64,000 bases of DNA from a bacterium (GTDB taxonomy: Bacteria > Patescibacteriota > Dojkabacteria > SC72): contig JAIOSB010000027.1 in assembly GCA_021107795.1 (NCBI GenBank), positions 290-64,289 on the forward strand, written 5' to 3'. The notes beneath the pieces were generated by a model. It saw only the letters and a program-made list of their open reading frames with translations, was not told the origin of the DNA and searched no databases. Below, piece by piece: positions 49,053 to 57,830 of this stretch (positions are counted from its first letter, which is position 1; the number at the start of each line of letters is the position of its first letter). Made by a program: the position numbers and the translations under genes.

Positions 49053-49840
49053 GTTCTCTCTAAGATATCCCTCCTAAAATCTCTAGGAAAGAACTCTATT
49101 CTCCCCTTCCCAAACCCCCTTAACAACCTCCTCACATCAGGCCTATGCCTCATTAATAGCATAAACACGAACTGTCCACAGAAACAAAAACAGTTAACAG
49201 GAAACAGTAAATAATTTCTTTTACTCAACCCCTTCAACATCCCCATTCTAATATCCTCCTTCTTTAAGAAAGACTCTGATACCAAAAACTTCTCTTTCAA
49301 CCAACTATTCTGAAGAAAGATAACACTCAAAAACTCCTTCTTATAAACCGGCTTCAGAAATAATAACTCATTCAAATTGAAAATATCATCATCAAATACC
49401 AAACTCCTCTCCTCTGTCAAAAGATTAATACACAACTTATCCTTCACCTCCAACCTCTTCTTTTTTAATCTAACTCTCTGTTCAAATATATTCCTAAAAT
49501 ACAAAAACAATCTATACACCCAAACCACATCATTTCTCGTTACAATAAATAGATCGATATCATCCCCATCCTCTACATACTCAGATGCAATAGAGCCAGA
49601 TATTCCAATAAACCGAACAAAAGGTTTGAATACAATCCAAGACAAAGATTTCTCTAACATACCCATTTTTTTCTCCATCATATCCCTCTGCACATCACTA
49701 ATCCCACTATACTCCTCACCATCTACCTCCAATCCCCACACCTCCATCACTTTCTGCTTACTAAGACATGCAGGAATATTCTTCCTGAAATTATACAACT
49801 CCTCCATATTCAAGTACTCACTCTCATTGTTTTTTCCCAT
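49049..49840 (-). CDS. Hypothetical protein with minimal nucleotidyltransferase-like motif (Pol-beta superfamily?)
   Basis: FIGISGSIASEYVEDGDDIDLFIV fits hG[GS]-x(9-13)-Dh[DE]h; the rest is unrecognised. Confidence 0.3.
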   Translation of the reverse strand: MGKNNESEYLNMEELYNFRKNIPACLSKQKVMEVWGLEVDGEEYSGISDVQRDMMEKKMGMLEKSLSWIVFKPFVRFIGISGSIASEYVEDGDDIDLFIVTRNDVVWVYRLFLYFRNIFEQRVRLKKKRLEVKDKLCINLLTEERSLVFDDDIFNLNELLFLKPVYKKEFLSVIFLQNSWLKEKFLVSESFLKKEDIRMGMLKGLSKRNYLLFPVNCFCFCGQFVFMLLMRHRPDVRRLLRGFGKGRIEFFPRDFRRDILERT

Positions 49841-49910
49841 ATGTATATATATAGAACAAATATTATCGGTTATTCAAACAATATTAATGCTATGGTAAAC
49901 TAAAAGCAAG

Positions 49911-50732
49911 ATGAAACAACATCCAATACCACAAAACGTGCTAGATGTTGAGTTTAAACTCTTCACTAGATTCACAATCAAGGAATTTGCATACCTAGCA
50001 GCAGGGATAGTTAGTGGGTCACTCTTCCTTGTCCTAAACAAACAACTAGGTCTCCCCAGCCTCATTGCATGGCCATCATTTCTCACTCTCTCAGCCATTG
50101 GAGCATTCTTCGCATTAGTACCAATCAACGACCAAGGAGCAGATGAATTTATAAAAAATTACTTCACTGCGATAAAGAAACCAACTCAACGAGTATGGCT
50201 AAATGAACAAATGCAAAGTCAAAGAGTAAAACCAATAGTGAAAACAGAAGACGAAGGCAAAGGAAAGATCGTAGGAGGTAAAATTACAAAGAAAGAAAAA
50301 ACCTTCATTGAAAAACCGGGAGATGATATCCTTCAAGTACAAACATCCCAAACCACTACTAAGCCAGAACCAACGATACAACCCTCCAATTCTTTACCAC
50401 AAACCATTGTCATCGGACCTCAAAATATTTCTCAATATCAATTCGGCATAAAAAGTGTAAATAGACTACCTGGAAATATGAATATTTGGTTGACAGATAC
50501 AAATGACCGAGGACTTGCAAACATTCCAGTATATCTCAAAGACCAAAATGGGAAAGTCATATTCGCTAATAGAACAGGACAGAATGGATACTTCATATTA
50601 AACAAAATCCTCCCACAGGGTATATACCACATACAATTTGATCAACATACATATAAAATTCCAAATATTCAGTGGATATTAGAAAATACACAAAGTAAAA
50701 ACCCAATTAAAATTACAGCGAAACTCGCATGA
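49911..50732 (+). CDS. PrgI/VirB3-like T4SS membrane protein fused to a C-terminal transthyretin/carboxypeptidase-regulatory-like beta domain
   Basis: The N-terminus IPQNVLDVEFKLFTRFTIKEFAYLAAGIVSGSLFLVL...LIAWPSFLTLSAIGAFFALVPI matches the PrgI-family pattern (P.d...eDk..g.ft.rq..yl, two TM). The C-terminus NIWLTDTNDRGLANIPVYLKDQNGKVIFANRTGQNGYFILNKILPQGIYHIQF is a CarboxypepD_reg-like beta sandwich. Its stop overlaps the next start (ATGA). Confidence 0.5.
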   Translation: MKQHPIPQNVLDVEFKLFTRFTIKEFAYLAAGIVSGSLFLVLNKQLGLPSLIAWPSFLTLSAIGAFFALVPINDQGADEFIKNYFTAIKKPTQRVWLNEQMQSQRVKPIVKTEDEGKGKIVGGKITKKEKTFIEKPGDDILQVQTSQTTTKPEPTIQPSNSLPQTIVIGPQNISQYQFGIKSVNRLPGNMNIWLTDTNDRGLANIPVYLKDQNGKVIFANRTGQNGYFILNKILPQGIYHIQFDQHTYKIPNIQWILENTQSKNPIKITAKLA

Positions 50733-51379
50733 ATACAAAAGATAGAGCAAGAGCAACAACCTCTACACAGAGTCACCTAGAGGTAAAAAACATTGTAGAT
50801 GATCTTGTCATCACAAAAAGTGGAAGTGTAGCACTAGTAGTACAAACAAATGCAATAAACTTCGACCTGTTAGCAGAGTACGAACAAGATAGTAAAATAT
50901 ACGCATTTGCGGGACTACTCAACTCCCTTAACTTCCATATACAAATCCTCATCCGAACACAACGAATAGATATCTCTAACTACATTGATCATCTTAAAAA
51001 TCAAAAACAAAAAAACATGTCTGAAGGTCTTAAAGATATGCTCACCACCTACACCCTTTTTGTACAAAACTTAATTGTAGAAAATAATGTTCTTGATAAA
51101 AACTTCTATCTTGTAATACCATACAATCCTGCAGCCATAATGCCAGATGCGAATATCTTTAGTGCAAAGAAAACAAAGGAAGAACAAGAGACACAAAAAG
51201 CCATGAAAAGAGACCACCTACTTGAAAAAGCTAAGATATTTCTTTACCCCAAGAGAGACCATATTATCAAACAACTAGGAAGAATGGGCCTAATGGGGCA
51301 CCAGTTAACAAACCAGGAACTCATAACTGAGTTCTACACAACATATAATCCAGGAGAGGAGGGAAACAGTGGAAGATAA
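50729..51379 (+). CDS. Hypothetical soluble 216-aa protein in the T4SS module
   Basis: No TM; the segment LVITKSGSVALVVQTNAINFDLLAEYEQDS...LLNSLNFHIQILIRTQRID loosely resembles VirB4 N-terminal regions. It is translationally coupled on both sides (ATGA with the upstream gene and an 11-nt overlap with the downstream gene). Confidence 0.35.
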   Translation: MNTKDRARATTSTQSHLEVKNIVDDLVITKSGSVALVVQTNAINFDLLAEYEQDSKIYAFAGLLNSLNFHIQILIRTQRIDISNYIDHLKNQKQKNMSEGLKDMLTTYTLFVQNLIVENNVLDKNFYLVIPYNPAAIMPDANIFSAKKTKEEQETQKAMKRDHLLEKAKIFLYPKRDHIIKQLGRMGLMGHQLTNQELITEFYTTYNPGEEGNSGR

Positions 51380-53759
51380 AACATTACAAAACAAACAAAT
51401 TAATTCTCAAGTTACAGATAAAATTGGTAGTAACCCTCTAAATAAATATGCGGATATTGCAAACAAAGTCCAACAAGAGGTGAATACAGTACAGGAAAGC
51501 AAGATTAACAATATCCAAAAAGACAGATTTGAAGACACTGTAATCAAGAAAGACAAAAAAAGCAATATTATATCTAAAATGCTAGACAAATTTACTCCAA
51601 ATCCTAAAAAAACAAAACCTGACACAGAACCCTCCGTAGAAGCTCAATCCAGACCTACTGCCGACTTCTCTGGACTCTCACTAACAGATATTGTAGCTCC
51701 CCTTGACCTTGAAGTAGATTTCAATCATCTCCAGATGGGAGACTATTACTTCAAAACTTTCTTTATCAGTGGATATCCAAGATTTGTAGGTCCGAACTGG
51801 CTCTCACCTATAATCAATTTCGAACACTCTCTTCGTATTAGTACGTTTTACTACCCTGTAGACTCCAAGATTATAATGGAAAAACTAAAGAAAAAGATTG
51901 GGGAAATGGAAGCAACCCTTTACAGTCAGATGGAAGATAGAAAAGTAATTGATGCATCTCTCAAGGTAAAACTCTCTGATGCTCAACAACTTCAAGATTC
52001 AATAGCGGAAGGAAGTGAAAAGTTCTTCCATTTTGCAATGTATATAACAATATATGCTCCAAACAAGAAACTTCTAGAGAAATACTCCAGAAATATTACC
52101 TCTACACTTGCAGCTATGAATGTAACAGCCAAATCTGCAACTCTTCTTCAAGAACCCGGCTTTATCAGTACACAACCACTTGCATTAGACAAAATCCATA
52201 TCACTCGTAATATGGATACCACATCTTTAGCTACCACATTCCCATTTGTCTCCTCAGAACTCACTATGAACCACGGTATCATGTATGGTCTGAACTTGCA
52301 TAATAATAGTTTGGTAGTATTTGACAGATTCGAATTAGAGAATGCCAACACTGTAGTATTTGCTAAATCTGGAGCTGGTAAAAGTTACTTTGTAAAACTA
52401 GAAGCCGTAAGAAGCTTAATGATGGGTACAGAGATAATAATCATAGACCCAGAGCGTGAGTATGAAGACCTCTCTAAGGCCGTAGAAGGATCATACATAT
52501 CCTTCTCACAAGACAAAGGTCATAAGATGAACCCTTTTGAACTCTCCGGTATGGCAGACGAAGACGACGATGAACTCCGAATGAAGATGCTCTCTCTACT
52601 CGGATTCTTCAAAGTCATGTTTGAAGGCCTATCCAACGTTGAATCTTCAGTACTAGACAGAGCATTAATACTCACCTACAGAGAAAAAGGAATCACATTT
52701 GATCCAAGAACTCAAAAGAAAGATCCTCCTCTACTTGAAGACCTTTACAAAGTTCTTAAAGGCATGGCAGAAGACGAAGCTCATAACTTAGCTAGAAGAA
52801 TGGAAAAATACATCATAGGAAGTGGTGCAGGAATATTTAACGAAGCAAGTAACTTTGAGATAAGCAATCCATTTACCGTCTTTAGTGTAAGAGATCTCCA
52901 AGAAGAACTAAAACCCTTAGCAATGTATCTAATGCTTGACTTTATATGGACTAGAATTAGAAAAGTTCGAAAACGACGATTACTAATCGTAGATGAGGCT
53001 TGGTACATGATGGAAAGAGAAGACTCTGCAAAATTTATGTATGCTATGGCCAAACGAGCAAGAAAATACTATCTAGGCCTCACAACTATTACTCAAGATG
53101 TTGCAGACTTTACCAAAAACGAAATGGGTAAAGCCATCATTTCAAACTCCTCTATACAGATGCTAATGAAACAAAGCCCCTCTGCAGTAGAAACCCTACA
53201 AGCAGTATTTAATCTCTCTGATGGTGAAAGAAACTTCCTATTAAACTGTGATCGAGGACAAGGACTATTCTTTGCTGGCTCAAATCATGTAGGAATACAG
53301 GTTCTCTCTAGCCAAGCAGAGCACGAATTAATTACATCTGATCCTAGAGATATTGAGGCGAAAGAAAAAAGAATAGCACAAGGGATTAAAGATACACGAA
53401 CTAGGGAGGAACTTGCAAAGGTTTTTGCCCCACCATCCGCCCAACAACCCATGAGAGATGGAACTACAATTGCAAAACAGCTATCTATGATTGAAAGAGC
53501 TGCACAGAAAAGGAAGGATGATAAGGTGCAGATAGAGGGAGAACGAAGAAACTATGAAGAAGAAGTACGTAGGAAATTGGAAGAAAAAGATAGAGAACTC
53601 AATCCTGATAAATATACTCATCAGAAATCTTTCAACCAGATTATCGAAGAGAATACAATTCCTGGTCAAGTAGTACAAGCTCGAAAAGACACACAAAGAG
53701 GAAGGCAACATGTCACTCCTCAAGGATTGGTCGACTATAACAATAACGATGGGAAATAA
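51369..53759 (+). CDS. VirB4/TrbE/CagE-family type IV secretion ATPase
   Basis: 796 aa. The Gram-positive VirB4-like N-domain is LDLEVDFNHLQMGDYYFKTFFISGYPRFVGPNWLSPII. Walker A is VVFAKSGAGKSYFVK, Walker B is RRLLIVDEAWYMM, and the C-terminal motifs are ...GLTTITQDVADF... Confidence 0.85.
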   Translation: MEDKTLQNKQINSQVTDKIGSNPLNKYADIANKVQQEVNTVQESKINNIQKDRFEDTVIKKDKKSNIISKMLDKFTPNPKKTKPDTEPSVEAQSRPTADFSGLSLTDIVAPLDLEVDFNHLQMGDYYFKTFFISGYPRFVGPNWLSPIINFEHSLRISTFYYPVDSKIIMEKLKKKIGEMEATLYSQMEDRKVIDASLKVKLSDAQQLQDSIAEGSEKFFHFAMYITIYAPNKKLLEKYSRNITSTLAAMNVTAKSATLLQEPGFISTQPLALDKIHITRNMDTTSLATTFPFVSSELTMNHGIMYGLNLHNNSLVVFDRFELENANTVVFAKSGAGKSYFVKLEAVRSLMMGTEIIIIDPEREYEDLSKAVEGSYISFSQDKGHKMNPFELSGMADEDDDELRMKMLSLLGFFKVMFEGLSNVESSVLDRALILTYREKGITFDPRTQKKDPPLLEDLYKVLKGMAEDEAHNLARRMEKYIIGSGAGIFNEASNFEISNPFTVFSVRDLQEELKPLAMYLMLDFIWTRIRKVRKRRLLIVDEAWYMMEREDSAKFMYAMAKRARKYYLGLTTITQDVADFTKNEMGKAIISNSSIQMLMKQSPSAVETLQAVFNLSDGERNFLLNCDRGQGLFFAGSNHVGIQVLSSQAEHELITSDPRDIEAKEKRIAQGIKDTRTREELAKVFAPPSAQQPMRDGTTIAKQLSMIERAAQKRKDDKVQIEGERRNYEEEVRRKLEEKDRELNPDKYTHQKSFNQIIEENTIPGQVVQARKDTQRGRQHVTPQGLVDYNNNDGK

Positions 53760-53976
53760 TACAGACACTACAATAAATGAAAGTATCTATTTGGTCACAA
53801 AGAAATGTGATGTTAAACACCTATCTCAAGACAAACGTGGTAAAGATTTAGGTGCACTTAAAAAGGCAGAAGAAAGGTCAAAGAAGCGCATGGATATTAC
53901 ATTCGGAAAGAAAGACAACGAAACAACCAGAGCTATGAATGCTCTCAGTATAATGAATCCATTTAAAGGAGTTTAA
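53749..53976 (+). CDS. Small basic hypothetical protein (75 aa) trailing the VirB4 gene
   Basis: ORF only; Lys/Arg-rich; start overlaps the VirB4 3' end. Confidence 0.2.
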   Translation: MGNNTDTTINESIYLVTKKCDVKHLSQDKRGKDLGALKKAEERSKKRMDITFGKKDNETTRAMNALSIMNPFKGV

Positions 53977-55172
53977 CTCAAAGGCCCTTGGTCTGGTAAC
54001 ACAAAATCCCTCAAGTTCTCAGTTGTAATGACTACCGGTATTGGAGAACCGGTTACTAACTTCCTTGCTACTGTTCTAACCAAAGTATATATATTTCTTT
54101 CTAGTTGTCTAATACCTGCATCAAATCCCACTGGTCTAATTAATACTGGCCATACACTATCTTGTATTTGTAGATATTGTTCACTTAGCCCTGTCTCCTT
54201 AAGAATTTTTGGTAATATATAATTCCTTGCAATTACTCCCTTCTCTTCATCTGAGTAGCTAGAAAAACGAATAACTTCTACACGATCAAGGAGTGCAGCA
54301 GACAATCCTCCCAGATTGTTTGCAGTACATATAAAAAAAACATTGGATAGATCTACAGGATAATCTACATAGTGATCCACAAAGGATTTGTTTTGTTCTG
54401 GATCTAATATTTCAAGTAAAGCAGCCATCACATCATTAAGAAGACCCTCCTGTGCACTAGACTTCTCTATTTCATCTAGCAGTATGACAGGGTTCATACT
54501 TTGTGTTCTAACTAATGCTTTAATAATCTGTCCTGGCTCAGCTCCATCGGAATATCTTGGTACTCCTCTTAATGTTTTTACATCCCCTATTGCTCCAAGA
54601 GAGATTCTTGCAAATTTCCTACCCATAGCTTTAGCAATAGATGCTGCGATAGATGTTTTCCCTACTCCTTGCAGACCAACAAATAGAAGTACCGGAGACT
54701 TAATCATTGTATCTACCCTATTATCAGCTACCGCTGGGATATTATAAGCAGTAGGGAAATCCTTGTTCCTTAAAGTCACTGGTTCTGGTGCTTTTGTACC
54801 TATCCCTTTATTTTGTAACTGCATTACTGCAAGGTAATCAAGAATGATATTCTTAACAGTATTCATACCATGGTGGGTAGAATCCATTGCTTTCCTTGCA
54901 TTTTCAATATCATAATTGTCTGCAGACAGTTTTCCCCAAGGTATTTTTGTTATCCAATCCACATACTTATCTATTGTTTCAAATTCAGTACTATAATTCC
55001 CATACTTAGCCATACGAGAAAGTCTAGATATTGCTTTAAGGATATCCTCTTTGAAATCATAAGGTATATTTACACTATCTAGCTTTCTTTGTAATTCCTT
55101 TATCTCTGCCAGAAAATCATCCTGCACACTTTGTATAGGGTTTGGGGCATTGTTCATATATGATAATAACAT
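53973..55172 (-). CDS. Lon-family AAA+ ATPase module without LON N-domain and without S16 protease domain
   Basis: YVDWITKIPWGKL...ILDYLAV (Lon middle region), Walker A LLFVGLQGVGKTSIAASIAKAMGRKF, Walker B VILLDEIEKS, LEILDPEQNKSFVDHY, sensor FICTANN, LLDRVEVIRFSSYSDEEK. The protein ends ~60 aa after the AAA+ helical lid. The flanking genes are sufS (2 nt away) and the plus-strand small ORF. Confidence 0.7.
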   Translation of the reverse strand: MLLSYMNNAPNPIQSVQDDFLAEIKELQRKLDSVNIPYDFKEDILKAISRLSRMAKYGNYSTEFETIDKYVDWITKIPWGKLSADNYDIENARKAMDSTHHGMNTVKNIILDYLAVMQLQNKGIGTKAPEPVTLRNKDFPTAYNIPAVADNRVDTMIKSPVLLFVGLQGVGKTSIAASIAKAMGRKFARISLGAIGDVKTLRGVPRYSDGAEPGQIIKALVRTQSMNPVILLDEIEKSSAQEGLLNDVMAALLEILDPEQNKSFVDHYVDYPVDLSNVFFICTANNLGGLSAALLDRVEVIRFSSYSDEEKGVIARNYILPKILKETGLSEQYLQIQDSVWPVLIRPVGFDAGIRQLERNIYTLVRTVARKLVTGSPIPVVITTENLRDFVLPDQGPLS

Positions 55173-55174
55173 AC

Positions 55175-56449
55175 TTAGAGAGTTCTTAGCACCCCCTGTT
55201 TAATAATCAGTACAACTCTATCTATATCCTCCTGAGTAGAATATACTCCTAAACTTACTCTCATTGTAGGTCCAACCCCAAATTTGTCATGTAAAGGTTG
55301 TGCACAATGAAAACCATCTCTAATACACACCCCTTGCGAAGAGATGAACTCTAAAATATCTTCCCCTCGAGTATTACTATCTATTTTAGACTCTTTACAT
55401 CCTGCAAAGGAAAAACCTTTAAGATTAAATGTAATAGCACCTACTCTTTCTCTACTTCCAAAAAGTTTAAACCATTCTATACCATCAAACTGTGATATAA
55501 AGCTTTCTACTAAATCTCTCTCATGATTAATTAATACATCATATCCTCCCATGTCCTTGACTGCTTCGCTAAGCCATGATATTGCTGTAGCTAGTGCAAT
55601 ACCATCTGCAATATCTGGTGTCCCTGCTTCAAATCTCCATGGTAATTCATTTAAATCAAAGTCCTTTTTACTAACCTCTCTTATCATCTCTCCACCTCCC
55701 ATATATGGTGGCAATTTCTCTAGTATTTCTTTTTTAATATAGATACATCCACTACCCGTTGGTCCATATGTTTTATGTCCAGAGAACACCAGTGCATCAC
55801 ACCCTAAATCTTTTACATCCATGGGTAATCTAGCAATACTTTGAGCTGCATCTATGAGTACAACTGCATTAGATTTATGAGCTAGTTTAGTAATTTCTTT
55901 TACATCATTTATTGTTCCCAACACATTAGATACATGGAGTATAGAAACAATCTTTATCCTTCCTTTCTTCTTGTTTATCAAAGATTTAAACCATTCTAAA
56001 TCTAGTTCATAGTTATCGGCAACAGGAATATATTCAATATTGAAACCTATTTCTTTCTGAAGCATCAACCATGGAACAATATTACTATGATGCTCCATCT
56101 CACTAAGTACAACAATATCTCCTTTCTCTAGATTATGTTTCGCGTATGTATTTACAAAGAGATTTATTCCTTCTGTACAATTTCTAGTAAATATGATTTC
56201 TTCATATGATGTAGCATTTAAAAACTCTGCTACAATCTTATGTGCCTCAATCCATTTTTCTGTGGCTCTTAAAGCTAGTACATGAGAACCTCTATGAATA
56301 TTCGAATTGTACTTGGTGTAGTATTCACTCAGGCAATCAATTACACATTGGGGCTTTTGGGTAGTAGCCGAACTATCTAGGTATACAATTTGTTTCCCAT
56401 TAATCTTTTGATTAAGTATAGGGAATTGTTTTTTAATATTATTTCTCAT
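55175..56449 (-). CDS. sufS: Cysteine desulfurase, SufS/CsdA-type (aminotransferase class V)
   Basis: VYLDSSATTQKPQ, PLP-lysine in SGHKTYGPTGSG, catalytic Cys region RDGFHCAQP. Confidence 0.85.
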   Translation of the reverse strand: MRNNIKKQFPILNQKINGKQIVYLDSSATTQKPQCVIDCLSEYYTKYNSNIHRGSHVLALRATEKWIEAHKIVAEFLNATSYEEIIFTRNCTEGINLFVNTYAKHNLEKGDIVVLSEMEHHSNIVPWLMLQKEIGFNIEYIPVADNYELDLEWFKSLINKKKGRIKIVSILHVSNVLGTINDVKEITKLAHKSNAVVLIDAAQSIARLPMDVKDLGCDALVFSGHKTYGPTGSGCIYIKKEILEKLPPYMGGGEMIREVSKKDFDLNELPWRFEAGTPDIADGIALATAISWLSEAVKDMGGYDVLINHERDLVESFISQFDGIEWFKLFGSRERVGAITFNLKGFSFAGCKESKIDSNTRGEDILEFISSQGVCIRDGFHCAQPLHDKFGVGPTMRVSLGVYSTQEDIDRVVLIIKQGVLRTL

Positions 56450-56479
56450 TCTTTTTAAAACTATCCTATCATTTCCAAA

Positions 56480-57820
56480 CTATTTCTTAAACAAAGGATC
56501 TTTCTGAAAGAAAAGTTTATTCCATTGATTAATATATTTAATATCTGAATTCTTTAAATTGAAAATATCCTTAATATCCAAATACATATTAAATTTGGTT
56601 AAGTGACTCAGGGGAAGAAGATATTTTGTAAACTCTTTTGACATTTCATCAGACATATATTCTTTTGACTTCTCTCTCCAATTCTTTATATCTACATATG
56701 TCTCAAGAAGATTCCTATTCATATCCCTTTGAAGCTCTGAGTATTTCTTAAGAGATTTTGGTAGTAAGTAGCACTGAGAGTTCTTTCTTTCAAGTTCTTT
56801 ATCAATATCTATGAAGTCTGAAAGAAGTGGTACATATATTGTGTAGTTTTGATCTAGTATTTCAAAAACATCTGTAAGTGGTAAATATCCAGAAAGACGA
56901 CTACCCTTCTGAAATCCTAAATATCCTATATCTCCTTTGTTAATTGTTTTTCCAATAGAGAGTTGATCTTCGTAATCAAATTCTAATTCTTCTTTACTAC
57001 CCAGAGGATTGATTAGCATTTCAAGATTTGTAAATACTTGTTCTACAATGTCTGTGATATATTCAAACTTAAAAGGTTCGGAATCATCTAAATCAAACTC
57101 CTGCTCTTTAGATACGCACTCTTCTAAATATTCTAATATCTTTATTGTAGTCACTCTTTGAGTGCAGTCTGGTATTACCTCAATATCAGTCTTAAGCAAT
57201 TTTTCTAACATATCACCTAGTTGATTATCTAGTACCATATCGCTACACAATAGAGTGTTAGCTAGTTCAATATTGGAGCTTAGGGAGAGGGAGATAGCTG
57301 CTCGATGTTGTATACCGAGTGGTAGGAGAGATTTAGCAAATTCTTTATATTGATTTCCCCTTTTCTTAGCCACTAACCAGTAATTCCTCATACTATTCAG
57401 TTGAATATTTTCATATTCCTTCCTAATCTCCCTGTTCTCACAAACTTCTGTGGGTATTCTGACAAAGTAGGAGCTATCTCTATTTATATATTTCCAATCT
57501 CTTAGTTTGAAAAATGAGCTTGAGGATAGGGAAGAGAGTTTGAGAAATGTATATATTGGGATATTGTCTACAATATATGTTCTGTTATTTATTTCATACA
57601 TATCATCAAGTGGAAATTCTTTCCAATCGTCAATCTCACAACTTTTGCATATATCAAGAATACTTGCTTTGCTACTAAGAGCTTGTTTAATGATGTAGTG
57701 AGTTCTGAGTTTAGAACTGTAATCTTCATTACTTAGTATTGAGAATATTCGTAGTCTATTCCAATATTCATCAGTTCTAATATCTTCTATATGAAGACCT
57801 TTTCTTTGTATTAATTTCAT
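56480..57820 (-). CDS. Hypothetical 446-aa soluble protein
   Basis: No confident motif. A ThyX-like interpretation was considered and not supported (see noticed_but_rejected). Confidence 0.4.
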   Translation of the reverse strand: MKLIQRKGLHIEDIRTDEYWNRLRIFSILSNEDYSSKLRTHYIIKQALSSKASILDICKSCEIDDWKEFPLDDMYEINNRTYIVDNIPIYTFLKLSSLSSSSFFKLRDWKYINRDSSYFVRIPTEVCENREIRKEYENIQLNSMRNYWLVAKKRGNQYKEFAKSLLPLGIQHRAAISLSLSSNIELANTLLCSDMVLDNQLGDMLEKLLKTDIEVIPDCTQRVTTIKILEYLEECVSKEQEFDLDDSEPFKFEYITDIVEQVFTNLEMLINPLGSKEELEFDYEDQLSIGKTINKGDIGYLGFQKGSRLSGYLPLTDVFEILDQNYTIYVPLLSDFIDIDKELERKNSQCYLLPKSLKKYSELQRDMNRNLLETYVDIKNWREKSKEYMSDEMSKEFTKYLLPLSHLTKFNMYLDIKDIFNLKNSDIKYINQWNKLFFQKDPLFKK

Positions 57821-57830
57821 AGGTATTTCT

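Noticed and set aside
49377-49898. 173-aa plus-strand ORF
   Set aside because: Antisense to the better-supported 263-aa NTase-like gene and composed of low-complexity Ser/Leu/Ile-rich sequence.
56480-57820. ThyX (flavin-dependent thymidylate synthase) assignment for the 446-aa protein next to glyA-folD
   Set aside because: The folate-gene context and a loose LPLxxxxRxxxxxxxxSxxxxxxNxL match were tempting. However, the RHRxxSxxxxSxRY motif is not clearly present, the spacing between candidate motifs is ~25 residues rather than ~55-70, and the protein is about twice ThyX length. Only a profile search could rescue this assignment.
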